DNA of 64,000 nt from Bigelowiella natans CCMP2755 (GCA_000320545.1 ADNK01002544.1:77974-141973), one strand, 5' to 3'. Shown: positions 1 through 14,392, numbered from the stretch's first letter. Numbers and translations are program-made. The notes: a model not told the origin generated them from the letters alone.

Positions 1-558
1 TATGTATTTTTGTGAGTAGTGTGTTGGTGTTGTTTATCTAGCTCAATATCAATTGGTCGCTGTAGAAATGACATCTATCGTCCTATTAACGATCTATCTA
101 TTTCATCATCATCATCATCATTGCCCCTCCCGTGTCTTATTCTTGTTGATGTATTATTGTCACAAGACATCTCTTCTTCTTCTTCTTCTTCTTCTTCTTC
201 TTCTTCCCTTCCCTCTGTCTTTGTATTCATGCAGACAACCAATCAGTCGGAGTTTGTTGTCCTCGTCGTGTGTAGTAAGTTGATCAATGAGCGAAAATCA
301 ATCTACTTACCCCTCTTAGTGTAGCAGTATCCTTTGTACTACTCTCACTACTTTTGCTTCTTTTACTACTACTACTGCTACAACTGCTACTACTACTACT
401 ACTACTACTACTACTATATGTTCTTCTGCAGACGGCTTATTTACCTCTCCCTCTCCCCACTATCCTATCTCCCCCTCTTTATGTTAAATAAATAGCAAGT
501 ACCTTCTTTTGTGTCTACTGTGTAGTATTCACCGCTACCTAATGTGTACGTAAATATA

Positions 559-594
<36 letters not shown>

Positions 595-736
595 CCTTAC
601 AATCCCTATGTATGCTAACCAATCAAAATTAGGTATTTTCATCAAGGCTCAATGCATGAATCATCCCCACCTCCCTCCCCTCAGGAAGAGGTAGATAACA
701 GGCATTTAAACCTTCATTTATGCTGCTAAGTCGGAA

Positions 737-768
<32 letters not shown>

Positions 769-2109
769 TTGCTACTAGTATTAGTCTTGCTGTCGCATAG
801 TTCTTCATGTAATTCAAATCTCTAGTGCCTACTACTCAAGTGCTATTAGACATATTGCTGTTGTTGTTGTTGATGATGATGTTTTCCAATATAATATATA
901 AATATCACCACGAAACGTCCATGCTCCTGCTTTTCCTACAGCACAATGTACAGTACACATTATTCACCCAAAATAATCGTGACAGCATCATCCTCGTTAT
1001 GTGGCGAGATAATATACTGGTATTGATATATAATATACTTTTGCATGCCATAGTCATCACGGCGTATTATGAAGGAGGCTAGTAGTAGTAGCAGCAGTAG
1101 TAGCAGTAGTAGTGGTGTTGGTAGTGCCTTATAGTAGTAACTACCAATAGCAAAAAGCAATAGCTGGAGAGCAGGTTTCTTTGGCAAGATCTTGACAAAT
1201 TCCTGATATGTACCGAAAACATGTGAGCATTATGATAAATTTGATTGGTAATACAATATGTTGTCGTTTTTTTCTTGTATCGAGGCTGTTGTTTTTGGAA
1301 CCCTTCCGTTTCATAGCACAAACCTGGAAAAAACCTGGAATTCGCACCTAGGTTGATGGTGTGATGGGTGCATAGTCAGCAAAACAGCATGCTATCGAGG
1401 CGATGACAAGAATAACGACGATGGCTACGAGCACTACACATCAAATCTCTATTTGCAACCAAAAGGCAAAGCAGTATCATTTCTAATGCCTTTGGCTCTC
1501 TTTGTGCTCAATCTTATTCTTTCTGGTGTAAGTGCAATTGGATTTATTGTTATTTGCTATTATTAATTAATACCCTGAGCAGATACTGTGCAGTTCCACT
1601 ACCGGCGTTAAATAATATGTCTTTTTAAAACAACAACGGCGACGATAACGACGGTGAGAGCAAATGATGAGGATGACATAATTATCACAAATTGGTTGGT
1701 TATTGATTGGTTGATTACCACTGCTACAACTATTACTATTGCCTACCAGCAAGCTCCTCGTCGCCTATCAAAGGTTTCAATCCTCGTACTAAGTTGTGGA
1801 AGTTCATTTCCTAATCATTGTTTCAAGAATAGCAGTATAGCGTTAGGTAGCAATCAACATAGCAAGAAGTAGTAGTAGTAGAAGAAGAAGAAGAAGAAGA
1901 AGAAGAAGCACAAAACTATAATACTACTACCACTACTACTACTACCGCTCATGCGACATAAAACACGTATAATATGTATTTGTTGGTGTCATTGTTGTTA
2001 TCATCAACTATTATCAATATCATCCACCAATCACTATAGTAATTTGGATTTTTGAGTGAGCTGTTTTGACATTTTCTCGCCCTTCATTGCAACCTTACAA
2101 GCAATACAC

Positions 2110-2699
2110 AGCACAATATTACCTGTACCATCGAATCAGGAAGTTTTTTGGCCAAATAGCCAAATCCAGCTTCCTTCAACAACTGCGAGGCCTAAAGGTA
2201 TTCACGCACCGTATCATCAAAATCTCTTTTCCCCCTCTGCTCTTTCTGCTGCTGCTACACTATGGCCGTTATTGAAACACCTTTTCTTCCCCATATTTGT
2301 CTTTAAGAGCGCCTGAGATATATTGCAGAAGGAGTGAGCAAATCACCGTCATTTGTTGATGATCTTTGTGCTCAAGATGGGTTTCATTGATAGCAGCAGA
2401 TGATGGATTAGTGACTCACCAAGTACTACCACTACTACTACCACTTCTGTACGCTATTAAACAAGAATCATGTTAGTTCCAAGAACATAGCAAGTCCGTA
2501 ACTCACACAATAATGTACAAAGATACACCGACCTACGGTCTGAATCAAGGTGTTAGGCCCCACACGAGCCAAGCCCACCTCTATTCGTGTTATAATAGCT
2601 AATAATTACAATTGGTACTTGCAATATTGCAAAACGCATTTGAGCCATGAATTGAGAACTCCTCTGACCAACTACCACTACCACCACCTCTAGAGAATA

Positions 2700-2739
<40 letters not shown>

Positions 2740-4199
2740 CACACATACACGAACACGAACATGCATAACATATAGCTATCAAACGCTTAGTTGACGATGA
2801 TGATGTAGCAAAAAATAGTTATAACAGGTTCATCATTGTAACCGCATTGTATTCAACCAACACGCAGTGCCGCCATTATCACCATCGCTATCATCACTAT
2901 CATCATAAAGCACCATACCCTTTTCGTCCCCACTTTCAGAGGCACCCATAGCCATGGAAGATCCTTGGGTTAATTCAAACATTTCAGTCAATCATTCTCA
3001 CATACATCGTCATATATTCAGCAAATCCTCATTGCTTCGCCTCTACTACTACTGCTAGTAGTATTAATACGAATTCTCGTTGATTTTTACCCAATGCAGT
3101 AGCTGCTGCCAAGGGGATAGTTGTTGCCTGTAGCACGTATATAGTTCCATACATTGTGTTTAACAAATATCAATCGATGGTTGACAACGTTGGCGAGCGA
3201 AATAATTATGAGGAAGTGATAGCAATACAGCCTATTTGAAGATTGTTGATAACAACTTAATGCTGGTGATAATGTAGATAACAAGTCAATCTTGATGACA
3301 ATGCTTTCACACTTTTATGCCTTTTTACAACGGACTGGAATTTGTCCAAATTGGATATTTGTTTGAATATCTTAATTGACAAACTCGTCATGAGCACTAT
3401 TTTGGGTGAAAGGGGGAAAAGGAAGAAGTGGTGGTGGGGGAGAGGGGGTTGGGCACAAAACAAAAGGGTTGTTTTGGTGTCCCTTTAACCTTGAGAATTG
3501 CAGCAGTATTAACAATTTCGGATTGGGTAATCAAATCTGCTGCCTGTGCCCGCACAAGAAAATATGACATGAAAATTAATCTAAGAATGATAAATGGGCT
3601 CATTATATATGAACTGCAGCGTGCTAACAGGTGAAAATGATCGCTACTACTATGGCGATGGAGTTGTCTTCAATCACGAACTAATCGATAACGAAACTCA
3701 CCGACAGTCTCCGACAAAATATGCAAATCATTGATTATGGTGGTGAAGGATGGTATTCCATAGAAGTTCAACCTGTGGGGTTTTGAGCCGTTGTTGTAAT
3801 CTTTGAGTGGGGGCACGTTGGCTATTGTAGTAATACCCTCCTCCTCGAATCGGCTGCCTTGGGTAATAGGAGGAGGCCTGGAGGGAGAAATATGTCCATA
3901 ATCATCAATTTGCTCTTGCACACGGAGAAACAGACGACAAACCCTATTTCCAGTGATAGATGCACGAGTCGACATTCCTGCGCCTTTTGGTGAGGGGGGG
4001 GGGATGAATAAATTGTTTTAACCTTGCAACAGCGTGTGTTTTGATGATGACAGCAGCGAGTCAAGCATTGGAGATTAGTATCGCTGCATAATTTTCTGCG
4101 ATGATTTCTACCTTGCCGTGAGACTGCAGCGTATACGTGCAATTGCGCGATTGAGAAGAGAACAGCGAGCAAGGCACGGAAAGTAGTAGGGGCTGCCAT
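2110..4199 (-). CDS. Multi-exon host gene of unknown function with an N-terminal signal-peptide-like leader; 3' end not resolved and probably extends below 2110
   Basis: ATG at 4199 gives MAAPTTFRALLAVLFSIAQLHVYAAVSR. Downstream GT-AG-bounded exons read AADLITQSEIVNTAAILK, ...SGALKDKYGEEK and ASQLLKEAGFGYLAKKLPDSMVQ. No family recognised. Confidence 0.45.
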
Positions 4200-4429
4200 T
4201 GTTACGAGCGTAGGGTTGTTGTTGTTGCGACTGACTACGGCTTCTTTTGTTTGATTTGGTGCGATGTTGTTGTCGTCCTTGTTGTCTGCAGAAAAAGCTT
4301 AAAAGAAGGGAAAAGGGACTGCATTTGTTCAAATATCATGAGTTTTTTGCAGGTCGTAGTAGGAAAATCCGATGTGTGATGGATACCTCACGAAAGCGAC
4401 TGAAATTTGTTCATAAATTGGTAATTCTG

Positions 4430-5820
4430 GGTTGTCGCACACGTCGAAATCCACCATTTGATGGCCTCCTCAACGCTTCAGTGCGTGAGGCGTGAAAGTG
4501 CTCATTTCTTTCGTCAGCGCTTGTGCTGCTCCATGCTAGTTCACCTGCTAGCCTGTTTGAGGCACATTCAACCATGCTAGCAGTGCCAATGACACATGAT
4601 GTTAGAAAGTTGAAGTGAACACGAATTTTGGATCTTGGATCCTTCCTTTCTCTGGTTCTTGAACCTTGTTGGGTCACTCGTCATGCAGCTGTCAGTTGTG
4701 ATGTATTCAATGTTTAGTTCGTGCCAATTTGCACGAATCCCGCTAGCTTGCTAGTCAGTCTAGCAGTCCTCACTGAAGCCAGTTCGAGGTGCTGCATTTC
4801 GCACATTGCAAGTGTCTTGTCACACTTTGGAGATGCAGTTTTTCATCGTTGTTCATTGTTCGATCATTGTTGGAACGTCGAACGAACACGAACCTTGAAT
4901 CTTGAACCTTGATGGTTCACTTTTCTTGGTGACTTGGCAATTTGGGGAGGACACGGATGAGTCAACGTGTCCAATGATCCTGTCAACCGCTCCAACGAAC
5001 AAAGTCGCTTTTTCCTTTCCTAGTTTCTTTCGTTTTCTTCTTGTTGCTTCTTGTGCTCTCCTTTCCAGCTTTCGTTTTTGCCTTCTTTCTTTCTGCTGGG
5101 GCCTTTCAGATCCTCTCTCGGAATCACCTTGCTCACTAGCTCACTGCATTGTTGTTTCTTGTGTGTGATCTGCAACACATCACACACTTCTTTCTGTCCT
5201 TGTTTTTTGGTCCAGTGGTGTTCGACGTTGCGGCTTCTGGACGTGTTGATGTGGTGGACAATTGCGCACACGCTACGCTAGCACGCATGCACGAGAGCAC
5301 GGCACACACCAGCACGGCCCACGCCAGCACGGCACGCATGTGGCACACTGGCACACGCCACTGGCCATGCGAGCATGCAAGCTCTGGCTGCAGCCTCTCT
5401 GAGGAAATTTCTCTGCTCCAGCACGTCAACCTGCTCCACGATTTGAAATGGTACTCGCGTGATGATGGCAAACAGTCCAGAATCAATGAGCACTGACAAG
5501 TGGCGAAACAACAGACACATTGACGAAATTGCGATGAAATGTGTCCAGATGTGTGTGCAGCCTGTCCAGCTGTGCACATGTGACAAGCCGCAGAAAGAGC
5601 TGGAGAGAAATTTGATGTCATTCAGGTCTGGATGAAGGTGCATGTTTTCTTCTTGCTAGCTTGGTGTGTCGTTGCATCATTGCCTCAGTTGTCATGCACT
5701 AGTGCAGTCTTTGCATGAACTGTCACAAGTTGCACGACACTAGGACAGTCTGTGGCGTGGAGTGAGTCAAAAGCGAAATCTTCAGCGATGTGAGGTGCAC
5801 AGCAGCTGGTTTCACATCAA
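4430..5820. other. Small TpA-depleted (hypermutated) intergenic island
   Basis: About 17 TA in ~1.4 kb, about 13 of them in CTAG. Rich in TGCA/CACA/CACG. Flanking genes have normal TA content. Confidence 0.75.
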
Positions 5821-6210
5821 CTTGACTAGTTATGTACTAGTAACATGCATCACATTACTGTGTCTATTGTGACTTGCTGATGCACAAATCTAGAAATGCG
5901 CAGCACCCGCAACATGCCACATGAACTCCATTTAAGCGGTCGGCACGCTTCGTGCGTACGTAATGACACGGTGTGACTAACAGATCACCGTCAGCTGCAG
6001 TTGCTACATATCGCACACACATGTCTAGAATTAGATGGACCATGTGTACACATGTCAGCACCGCCGATGTTTACCACAAGTTTTATTGAGAACATTTATG
6101 CACAGCGCATTGCATTCGTGCATTATTGCACATGCAGGCTACGGGACAAATGTCTAGTTGCAGATGTCCACACAAGTGTGGATTTGAGTCACAACCTTGG
6201 TCGATAGATT

Positions 6211-8300
6211 TTAGCGACACCTTGCTGTATAAGTGACGCTCCCAGCTCTCGTATCCCTTAGCTTACTCTTGCTTTTGTTACTCTCTGTCTTTGAACCTTC
6301 ACTTTCTTGGTACGTTGTAGAAGCACTATTTTCTGTCTGTTGCTCAAACAACCCTGCTGGCATCGTGAACCAAGCTTTGAATTCTTCAAAGGACACGTTT
6401 CCATCTTCGTTCTTATCAGCATGTTGAAAACAGTTTATTGCTGGGGATATTAGCATTTAAGTTAGCTGCACGTATCCATTTTATGAAACAAACCATTCAT
6501 TTTAGATAAGATACAAACTCATCGTGCTACATAATCTATCAAAACACATTACCTGTTGATTCTCCTATCTCTTCAGCACTGTATCGCTTGCCTTCGATTG
6601 TGATAAATTGATCATGAAAATTTTTGTCAAGAACGAAAAGAACCTGGTGAATACAAAATTGCAAAGGTGATATAAAATATTGCATTGATTACGTGAATGC
6701 TGATCTCGTATGCCAATATAATTTTAATCAACCAATCTTGATAGCAGACATTACGTTCAGTATAATTGAAAGATGCCACAACACGAAGTTACAATTGAAC
6801 GACGCCCTAAACTTCGCCTTTCACTATCAGCTTATTACGTTAAACATGGACGAAAAATAGCCCGTCATTTCTTTCAGTGTAATTTTCCCATCACCATTTA
6901 GATCGAACAAGGAGAACAGAAATTTCATCTCGCCGGATGAGCTATTTAGAGCCGGAATATGAAATAATAGAATTAAGTTGAAAATAGTGTTCTTTCTTTG
7001 AGGGGTGATGACATAAAACATAAATGAGAGAGATAAACCGAGGAACATGAGATATGCATTGATTGAAACAATGAATCACTGTATGATTTAGTAATATCTT
7101 TACAAAACAGCAGCTATCTATCTATTACTCAGTAGTAGTATTGGAAGTGTTGTTGCTCCTAGTAACCCCCACTAGAAGACCAACCCCTGCAATAAACTCA
7201 ACTTTATCGACCATTCCGTCTTGGTTGCTGTAAGTTAAGAAGTGTTGTAATAATACTGTCAGTATATGGATAAAGTAAGTCAGGACTTGGCAGCATAATT
7301 TAACGGTGTGAAGAAGATGAATCACATAGCAGAGTTTAAAAAGCCCCTTCTTAATCCCCCCTGCTCCTCTATCCGTTACCGATCAAACGCATCAAAAAGC
7401 GTATCAGATAGTTTGGCCATCAAAATAGAGGAAGATGTGGTACAACTTTTGCTCTCTGTCATTTTGCTGTGAAAACAAAATTGACTTCTGATGCATTGTC
7501 AACGCTACAAATCAGTATGTGTGTGCGTGTGCGTGTGCGTGTGCGTGTGCGTGTGTGTGCGTGTGCGTGTGTGTGCGTGTGCGTGTGTGTGCGTGTGCGT
7601 GTGTGTGCGTGATTTTATTCATTTATCCTACCAGAATGCAGAAATAAAATTTTTCTTTGAGATCTTCCCATTCTCACCAGAGTGTTCATCAAATATGATG
7701 AGTATGTTTTCCCTTTTCATATCATTACGGACGTTACAATAGAAATTCCTGAATGCACGCTTTTACGAAGTATAATTCAACTTATCTTTGTGAATAAATT
7801 CATTCATTCTTACTTACCGAGTCATATTTTGTAGTTTAAGATGTTCTCGTAAAAAGGAAAGCATTTTCCCTCCATCAGATTCGTCGGCCTGTATGAATTC
7901 ATACGATTGCCATGTCAGTCACATATGATCTCCGCTCTTTCACCCTACGTGCTTTACCTTGGCAACATCAAAGTAAGGTATACTCTGAATTAGCTCAAAA
8001 TCATCGAATTGTTCGTCTTCTTCATCAATGGCACCAGATCGACACCTATTGCTTTCATTCATTTCAGAATTGATGATGTGAGATTTGGGCATCTTTCTTC
8101 TTTTTCGTGGTACATCAAAGAGAGAGGCCGTTTGATGCAATTCTTCTCATTATTTTCCTGTCTCAAGTTCGAGTGCACGTATTTGTCGCTTCAATGAAAT
8201 GCAAGGGCTTCGAGAATTAAAGCCCATCCTTGAACTTGTCGCAAATTCAAAAATGATGGACAGTGCTGGTGATGATATCTCAGAGATGTATCGCTTCATC
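6211..8300 (-). CDS. EF-hand calcium-binding protein (NCS/recoverin/calcineurin-B-like), multi-exon; start approximate
   Basis: Exons encode EF-hand loops LFDAFDR|[28 protein letters not shown] and [21 protein letters not shown]. Stop at 6211-6213. Confidence 0.85.
7519..7610. repeat. (GTGTGC)n/(GT)n intronic microsatellite, representative of many (TA)n, (CA)n, (CT)n, (TAC)n and (CAT)n tracts in host introns
   Basis: Direct reading of the sequence. Confidence 0.9.
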
Positions 8301-8556
8301 TCGAGATCATCTCGAGAAGATCTCCGAGAATAATGATGATAGAATCTACAAGCACTGACACAGCTGTCCTCGAGGAGTGGGGTATGCAAGACAAACTGAA
8401 TTCTTGATCGATTCAATGGACAATCCTGGGGAAGAACTAGAGCTCACAATATAAACGGTACAAACTCAGTCAAACGACTCACAAGAATGGCGGCTAGGAA
8501 CCACACTAAAAGCGTGCTTCATACAGTAGTAACCAACACTGGACACGAATCTGGAG

Positions 8557-9576
8557 ATGGAGTGGACCTGGGCTGTTGCTCTACAAGTATTTGCCTTGTT
8601 TATATTATCTGGATTGGCCGAGATTGGAGGCGGGTGAGTGGTGTCCTAACGTGTACTTTAAATCAAAGTTTAATAATCAACTAGTCTCATTCTTGGTAAC
8701 ACACAGCGCTTGCGCCTCTACACAATTTAACATTTGTATTCACTATACATTGTTCCCTATGGTTACTATATTATAAAATATAGATGGCTGGTGTGGGAGA
8801 CTGTTCGGAGTGGCAAACCTTGGTGGTCAGTATAGATTGATTATCAGTACTAAATACCCTCACTTTAGCGAAGAAATATCAGAAGACAACACAAAACGCA
8901 AATATTGGATCGATTATACAGGTGGGCTGTAATCGGGAGTGTCGTCCTCGTAATTTATGGGTAATAGCTGTGCATGACTACTTTGTATGTGAGGGGGGTA
9001 AAGTAAAATGATTTGGGGTTTTCGGTAGATGAATTCAATGATTAAGACACACACATCTGTGCATATGGCATATTCAAATCATCAACAATTTGCTATTGAC
9101 AAGATATGAGTCAGTATATTGGTACTCGACGATCACCACGCATTCCTTATTGTTCATATTCAATATTACGACTACAGCTTCATCATTATCAATTGTTAAA
9201 TCACTTTTTGCATCGAGCGAGTTAGCGTCTGTGCGTTCATGGCTAACGAAGGATTTTGCATATATCACAGATTTATACCAACTTTGCAGCCATTAGATGA
9301 CTTTGGAAGACTCTATGCTGTTTACGGCGGTGTATTCATAGTTTTGTCCTTTTCATGGGTGGCCATTTTTGAGAACTTTAGACCGGACTTGGGAGATTAC
9401 ATCGGCAGGTTTTCGTGCATCATGTGACTACAATAGCATGCTGCCATCGTGATGATACATTCGATTTCGGTGAGGCAATTGTGTGAGGTACAATATACTG
9501 ACTATTTGATATCAGCGCAATTGCCCTTGGAGGAGTTCTGGTTATATTGTTTTGGCCAAGAAATGGCAACACTTAG
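8557..9576 (+). CDS. ynfA: YnfA/UPF0060-family small membrane protein (SMR-like), 5 exons
   Basis: Spliced product MEWTWAVALQVFALFILSGLAEIGG|GWLVWETVRSGKPWW|WAVIGSVVLVIYG|FIPTLQPLDDFGRLYAVYGGVFIVLSFSW...RPDLGDYIG|..IALGGVLVILFWPRNGNT*. The AEIGG and FGRxYAxYGGVFI motifs are typical of YnfA. Confidence 0.88.
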
Positions 9577-9719
9577 TGACTTTCAACAAAAATACCTTTG
9601 GCATCATGGTTTCCGATTGGCTTCACATTTTGGTTTCGCGGCAAAGTTGTGCAGATGTGTAGATATACACAGTGTCTTTAGGTAAAGTGGATAGCATATA
9701 TAGCCGCGGTTCAGAACAC

Positions 9720-9753
<34 letters not shown>

Positions 9754-11171
9754 TGTCTAGGCTACAATTATCTGCGTCATCTAGCCATCGACAACGACTA
9801 GACAAGCTCGCTATGTCCACATTAATTCACAAACTAGTATTTTAAATGGCTCTCTGGCTTTGTTAGGGCCATGCACTGCCTGCATCATCGATGTCTCATT
9901 GATGATCGACGCAAGTTACGCGATCGCGCGATGAACGCCAATACTAGGAAGAAATAATTGCTGCACGACGGCGGCGGTAGCACGGCATGGAAATCTGTGC
10001 GTGTGCTGCAGCTAGTGCAGCCGTCTGTTACTCGTCATTGCATACTAGTCTAGCATACTCCGGCACATCACTACTAAGACTACTAGCACGTGCGCCATGC
10101 ATGCTAGCTAGCGCTAGCTAGCATGCTACGCATGCGTGTCAATCTAGCTAGATCTAAATAGATGCTTAGATGCGCGTAGCGTGGATGTCATACCATTTCA
10201 TAATAATAACACTGTCTTGGCAAGATAATTGAGTAAGACCGCTGTGTAAAAACAGCAAGCACGATGCTAGCGAAGCACGCAGAGCATGCCATTTACTATA
10301 GTCATTCAATGTAGGTCAATGCCAGATGTATGATACTGTTGTAATTCACCATGCCCTGGATGCGTGAAGGGCCGTCGTCCTTAGCACTCACCTCCATGCG
10401 TAGAGGTGAGCGAATAACGTGGTTAGGATAAATGTTGAAACTACCTGTTTTGTGTGTCGGTTTGGGTACATAAACCCTCCAATTCAAACGTATCCATATA
10501 CGTCCCGTGATTCTTCTTTGCATGGCATGTACGATGACCAGAATCTATGTAAATTAGCTGTTTATACTGCTGCACGGAGGAAAACTGAATGCATCTGGCA
10601 TAGATGGCGCTATTTTTTCTTGGTTCCCATATTCTGTTGCAAACCAAATCAATATTTAGGAAACATCACTTTAAGTAAACCACTTATTTGAAAATCCGAA
10701 TTACCTTTGGGGGGTGAAAGATGAAAACAGCAATAACTGCGACAATTGCTACAAGGAGCAAGCAACAGATACCCTGAAGAAAAGGTCAGAATACAACGAT
10801 AAGCGGTTGCGACTTGGATGATGACAGAAAAGAAGATACTGATGCTCATGATATCACATGTGAAGACAAAGATATTCGGCTTACAACAAATTATCGATTT
10901 GTCTCTGTATCATATATGAAATCACTATCCGAGGAAACGACTGTCAAATGCCACATAACCAGATTATTGGTTGTATGACATATAAAAATATGGTTTTAAA
11001 AAATGCTACTAAATTAAGAAATATCTTAATTAATGCACTCTATTCATATATCGTAAGATTCTAGGGAAGAAATAACACAAAACATAGTCAAATGTGCTGC
11101 TCTACGCATTCTCCTTATCTTCCTACACTAAATTAGAATAGTCTATTGAAACTATAAGGAACATACCCCAA

Positions 11172-11627
11172 TTATTCTTGACCTCCAGACAGCGCAACAA
11201 TGCCTTCTTCGAATCTAGTGAATATTTATCATTATGATCAGCGTCGTCGTGACCGTCATCATCATTATAGTCATCTTCACATTCGTCATGCTGCAATCTA
11301 GGTGTAAGAAAGCAGCTCGTCTTCACGTATTAAATTAACAATGTAGCCCAAACAGAGCTGCATATCCTTCAAAAATGCTAACCTGCACTGTCGTCTTCCT
11401 GAACCTTTAGTCGTCAAGTTTTTATTACGGAGAAGAGGAAGAAGTAGGGAAAAGGCAGTGAGAAACAAGAGTAGCATCTCACAAGGATGGCAGCATGAAA
11501 TCGAAAGCAAAGTACCTCATACTATCCTCTGTCAACTCTTCCGTTTTTTCACAAACTTCTTGAAGATCTTCCCCTCTGCGTAATTGTCGCCATATAAATG
11601 GTCATGATCATTGTCATAAAAGATGTT

Positions 11628-11659
<32 letters not shown>

Positions 11660-12934
11660 TTGGAGAATCTGATCTATGGGCGCGAGCGATCTACGCATCT
11701 GCATGGCCGTTTACCACCACAATATTCAATTTTAAGCAATAACAACTCAAAACTCGTCACTATGAAGATAGCTACCACTACCTTTCAAGCGCAGCCTCTA
11801 TGTTTCTGTGCATCACTTCCTTCACTTCTGCCACCTGTTTTCTAGTCTCCAGCAATTTATCCAAACCATGCCTTTGCACCAATTTATGGCACACAGCATA
11901 CACGCGATTCTGTGGCACGATAATAAATAAAAACGTATTTAGAAGCAAATAATAGTGTATATCATCACTAGAACCCACGATTAAATGACTAAATATCTAA
12001 GCTTAAAAATAACAAGAAAACACCCATCATCACTATCATATTAACCCCTTTAGAAAGTGCGCGTAGCATGAACTGATTACTCACAAAACAAACAATCCAC
12101 ATTTGATTACTTGGATCTTCTCGTTCTGGGCTAAGAAACCTTTGGACATAGTTTTATTGCAAAGTAGCTGGGTTACAATCTCGAAAGAAAGAAGGTACTA
12201 TTTACTACAATGACATACCGAGGTCCATTAAAGTAAGTTCTGAAAACGGCACCGCTACCTATTTGACACATAATTTTAATTGAACAAATGTAATAGCAGC
12301 CACGCATTGACTATGATGATAGTTATGACACTCATATTACTACAAGTACCTCCCCAACTACTGCTAAGACTTCGTTGGATTGTGTACTGCTACAACAACA
12401 ACAACAACTACTACTACTACTACTACTATTACTACAGCTGCTGCTACTATTACTACCACCACCACCACTACTGCTGCTACTACTACTACTAGCACTACTA
12501 CTACGACGAGATTGAAAGCCTGTATATGTCATTACCAGGATCGCCGTTTTAAGTTCTCTCACGAAATTCTGTGATAGCGAAAAGTCGGTTCTGCAAGGAA
12601 ACAAAACAAAACAATAATAGGGTCAGGTTTCCTGATATCTTTTATACAAACTAGGATTCGGTTATATACTATGTGGTATGAGAGTACAACCTTGCTGCAC
12701 AACATATGCACACTTCTAAAGATCTTGGCCTCACTTCTGTCTCCTCTGATTGACACATTTATCACAAAATCCAAGCGAGAGAAAGATTATTCAATGTTTA
12801 TCAAGGTTGTCATAATGATGATAATCATAAGCTTGAATCTACGTGCTACCAATGTTATCCGGTGCTGTTTCTGTAGGGTATTCTTCATCATCTCCTGGTA
12901 GTAGTGATAAAATATCAGAAGAAAGCTCATGTAT

Positions 12935-12985
<51 letters not shown>

Positions 12986-13409
12986 CGTACATATTTGACC
13001 TTTTGTTGGCTCTCCTCCTTTGCCTCGTGCAGCTCTAAGAATAGTTCGATACAATGATGATGGCTATGATGATGGTAGGACGATGATGGATATAGGCAGA
13101 TCAGAATTGGAGTTCGTTGGAAAGATCTGTTTCTAGAGAAAGACGATTATTCCAACGCCTTCTTGCTCTCTGCCATTTTTGGGAAAAAGAGATGCATATA
13201 GTAGTTTTCTCTTTAGGCACAGTGTCAGGGCTGACTTGCCAGTTTTTCTAACCTTTCTGCCTCGCAATCTATGCCTTCTTTAACAACTATAACACGGCAA
13301 GAACCCTGACAATATTACTAGAATGAGAACTTATAAAGTATAGCCTAGATACACAAGAGCTCGTGACATTTGTACGTATATTCTCGTTCAAATCTAACAC
13401 ACGCGCGCG

Positions 13410-13476
<67 letters not shown>

Positions 13477-13803
13477 AGATAGCCAAATGGGAAGGACATA
13501 TAATGTATTTTCAAACGAATAATTTTATTTTCAATACCTTTCTCTCGAAGCTCTTCCACTCACCGACAGCAATATCAGAAAGGTGCTGAAAAACGGCACA
13601 TCAAGATTATAATATCGATTTACGTGAATCGAGGGAATGAATCGGTAATCTAATTATAAATTCACTTGAATTCACTATACTCATCAATATTCAATAACGG
13701 GGCCTAGTTCTTAATGTACGTGATAGCCATTTTTTTTACCTTATTCATCACGTCAGCTACGGTATCTTTGTAAACGCTCAACGATTTGTCATACGTATCA
13801 ACC
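11172..13803 (-). CDS. Multi-exon gene with a C-terminal R-SNARE (synaptobrevin-like) coiled coil; 5' end unresolved
   Basis: Exons at ~11780-11910 and ~11515-11575 give DKLLETRKQVAEVKEVMHRNIEAALER|GEDLQEVCEKTEELTEDSMR with the zero-layer Arg. The likely last exon is FEEGIVALSGGQE*. Further GT-AG exons lie upstream. Confidence 0.7.
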
Positions 13804-14353
13804 TGGAAAATTATACAGGTTTATCTATCTGTTACTATCATCAGCAATGTCATCACTAATGAGACAATTATCAACATAATCATCACTGTATGTTCTTCCT
13901 CTCTAGCCTCTTCATCTTTACCACGTTCATGCTAAACTATACTACTTTTCTACTATAGCAACCACAGTACTAACGATACCGACAAAAAGAAACAATAACA
14001 AACACAGTACATTATAATAGTCTTTGCTCTAATGCATGAGTACTACAATTACTGACGATATATTTTGAGACCACTTGTCGCAATGGCGATACAATCCCTG
14101 ACGACAACAAAATTTATGGGAGCACCGAAGGCCCATTCATTTGCAAATAAGTATTACGTTGAAATTTTGGAAACAAATGTTTACATCGTATAGTTGTATC
14201 ATTGATTCAGGAAAGAACGTATTTGCGTTCTTACAGTAACCACCTTGAATGATGATGTCGCCCCTCACCTCGACATGGAAATATCGGAGCAGGCTCTCCT
14301 TTGGGCTTACCTTGAATCACACAAGTTATAAGCTCTACCTTGGATTTAAGTCG

Positions 14354-14392
<39 letters not shown>

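Noticed and set aside
19-1350. Poly-Ser/Leu/Tyr/Val ORFs here and similar ones at 12.3, 23.2, 25.2 and 63.1 kb
   Set aside because: They are translations of intronic microsatellites.
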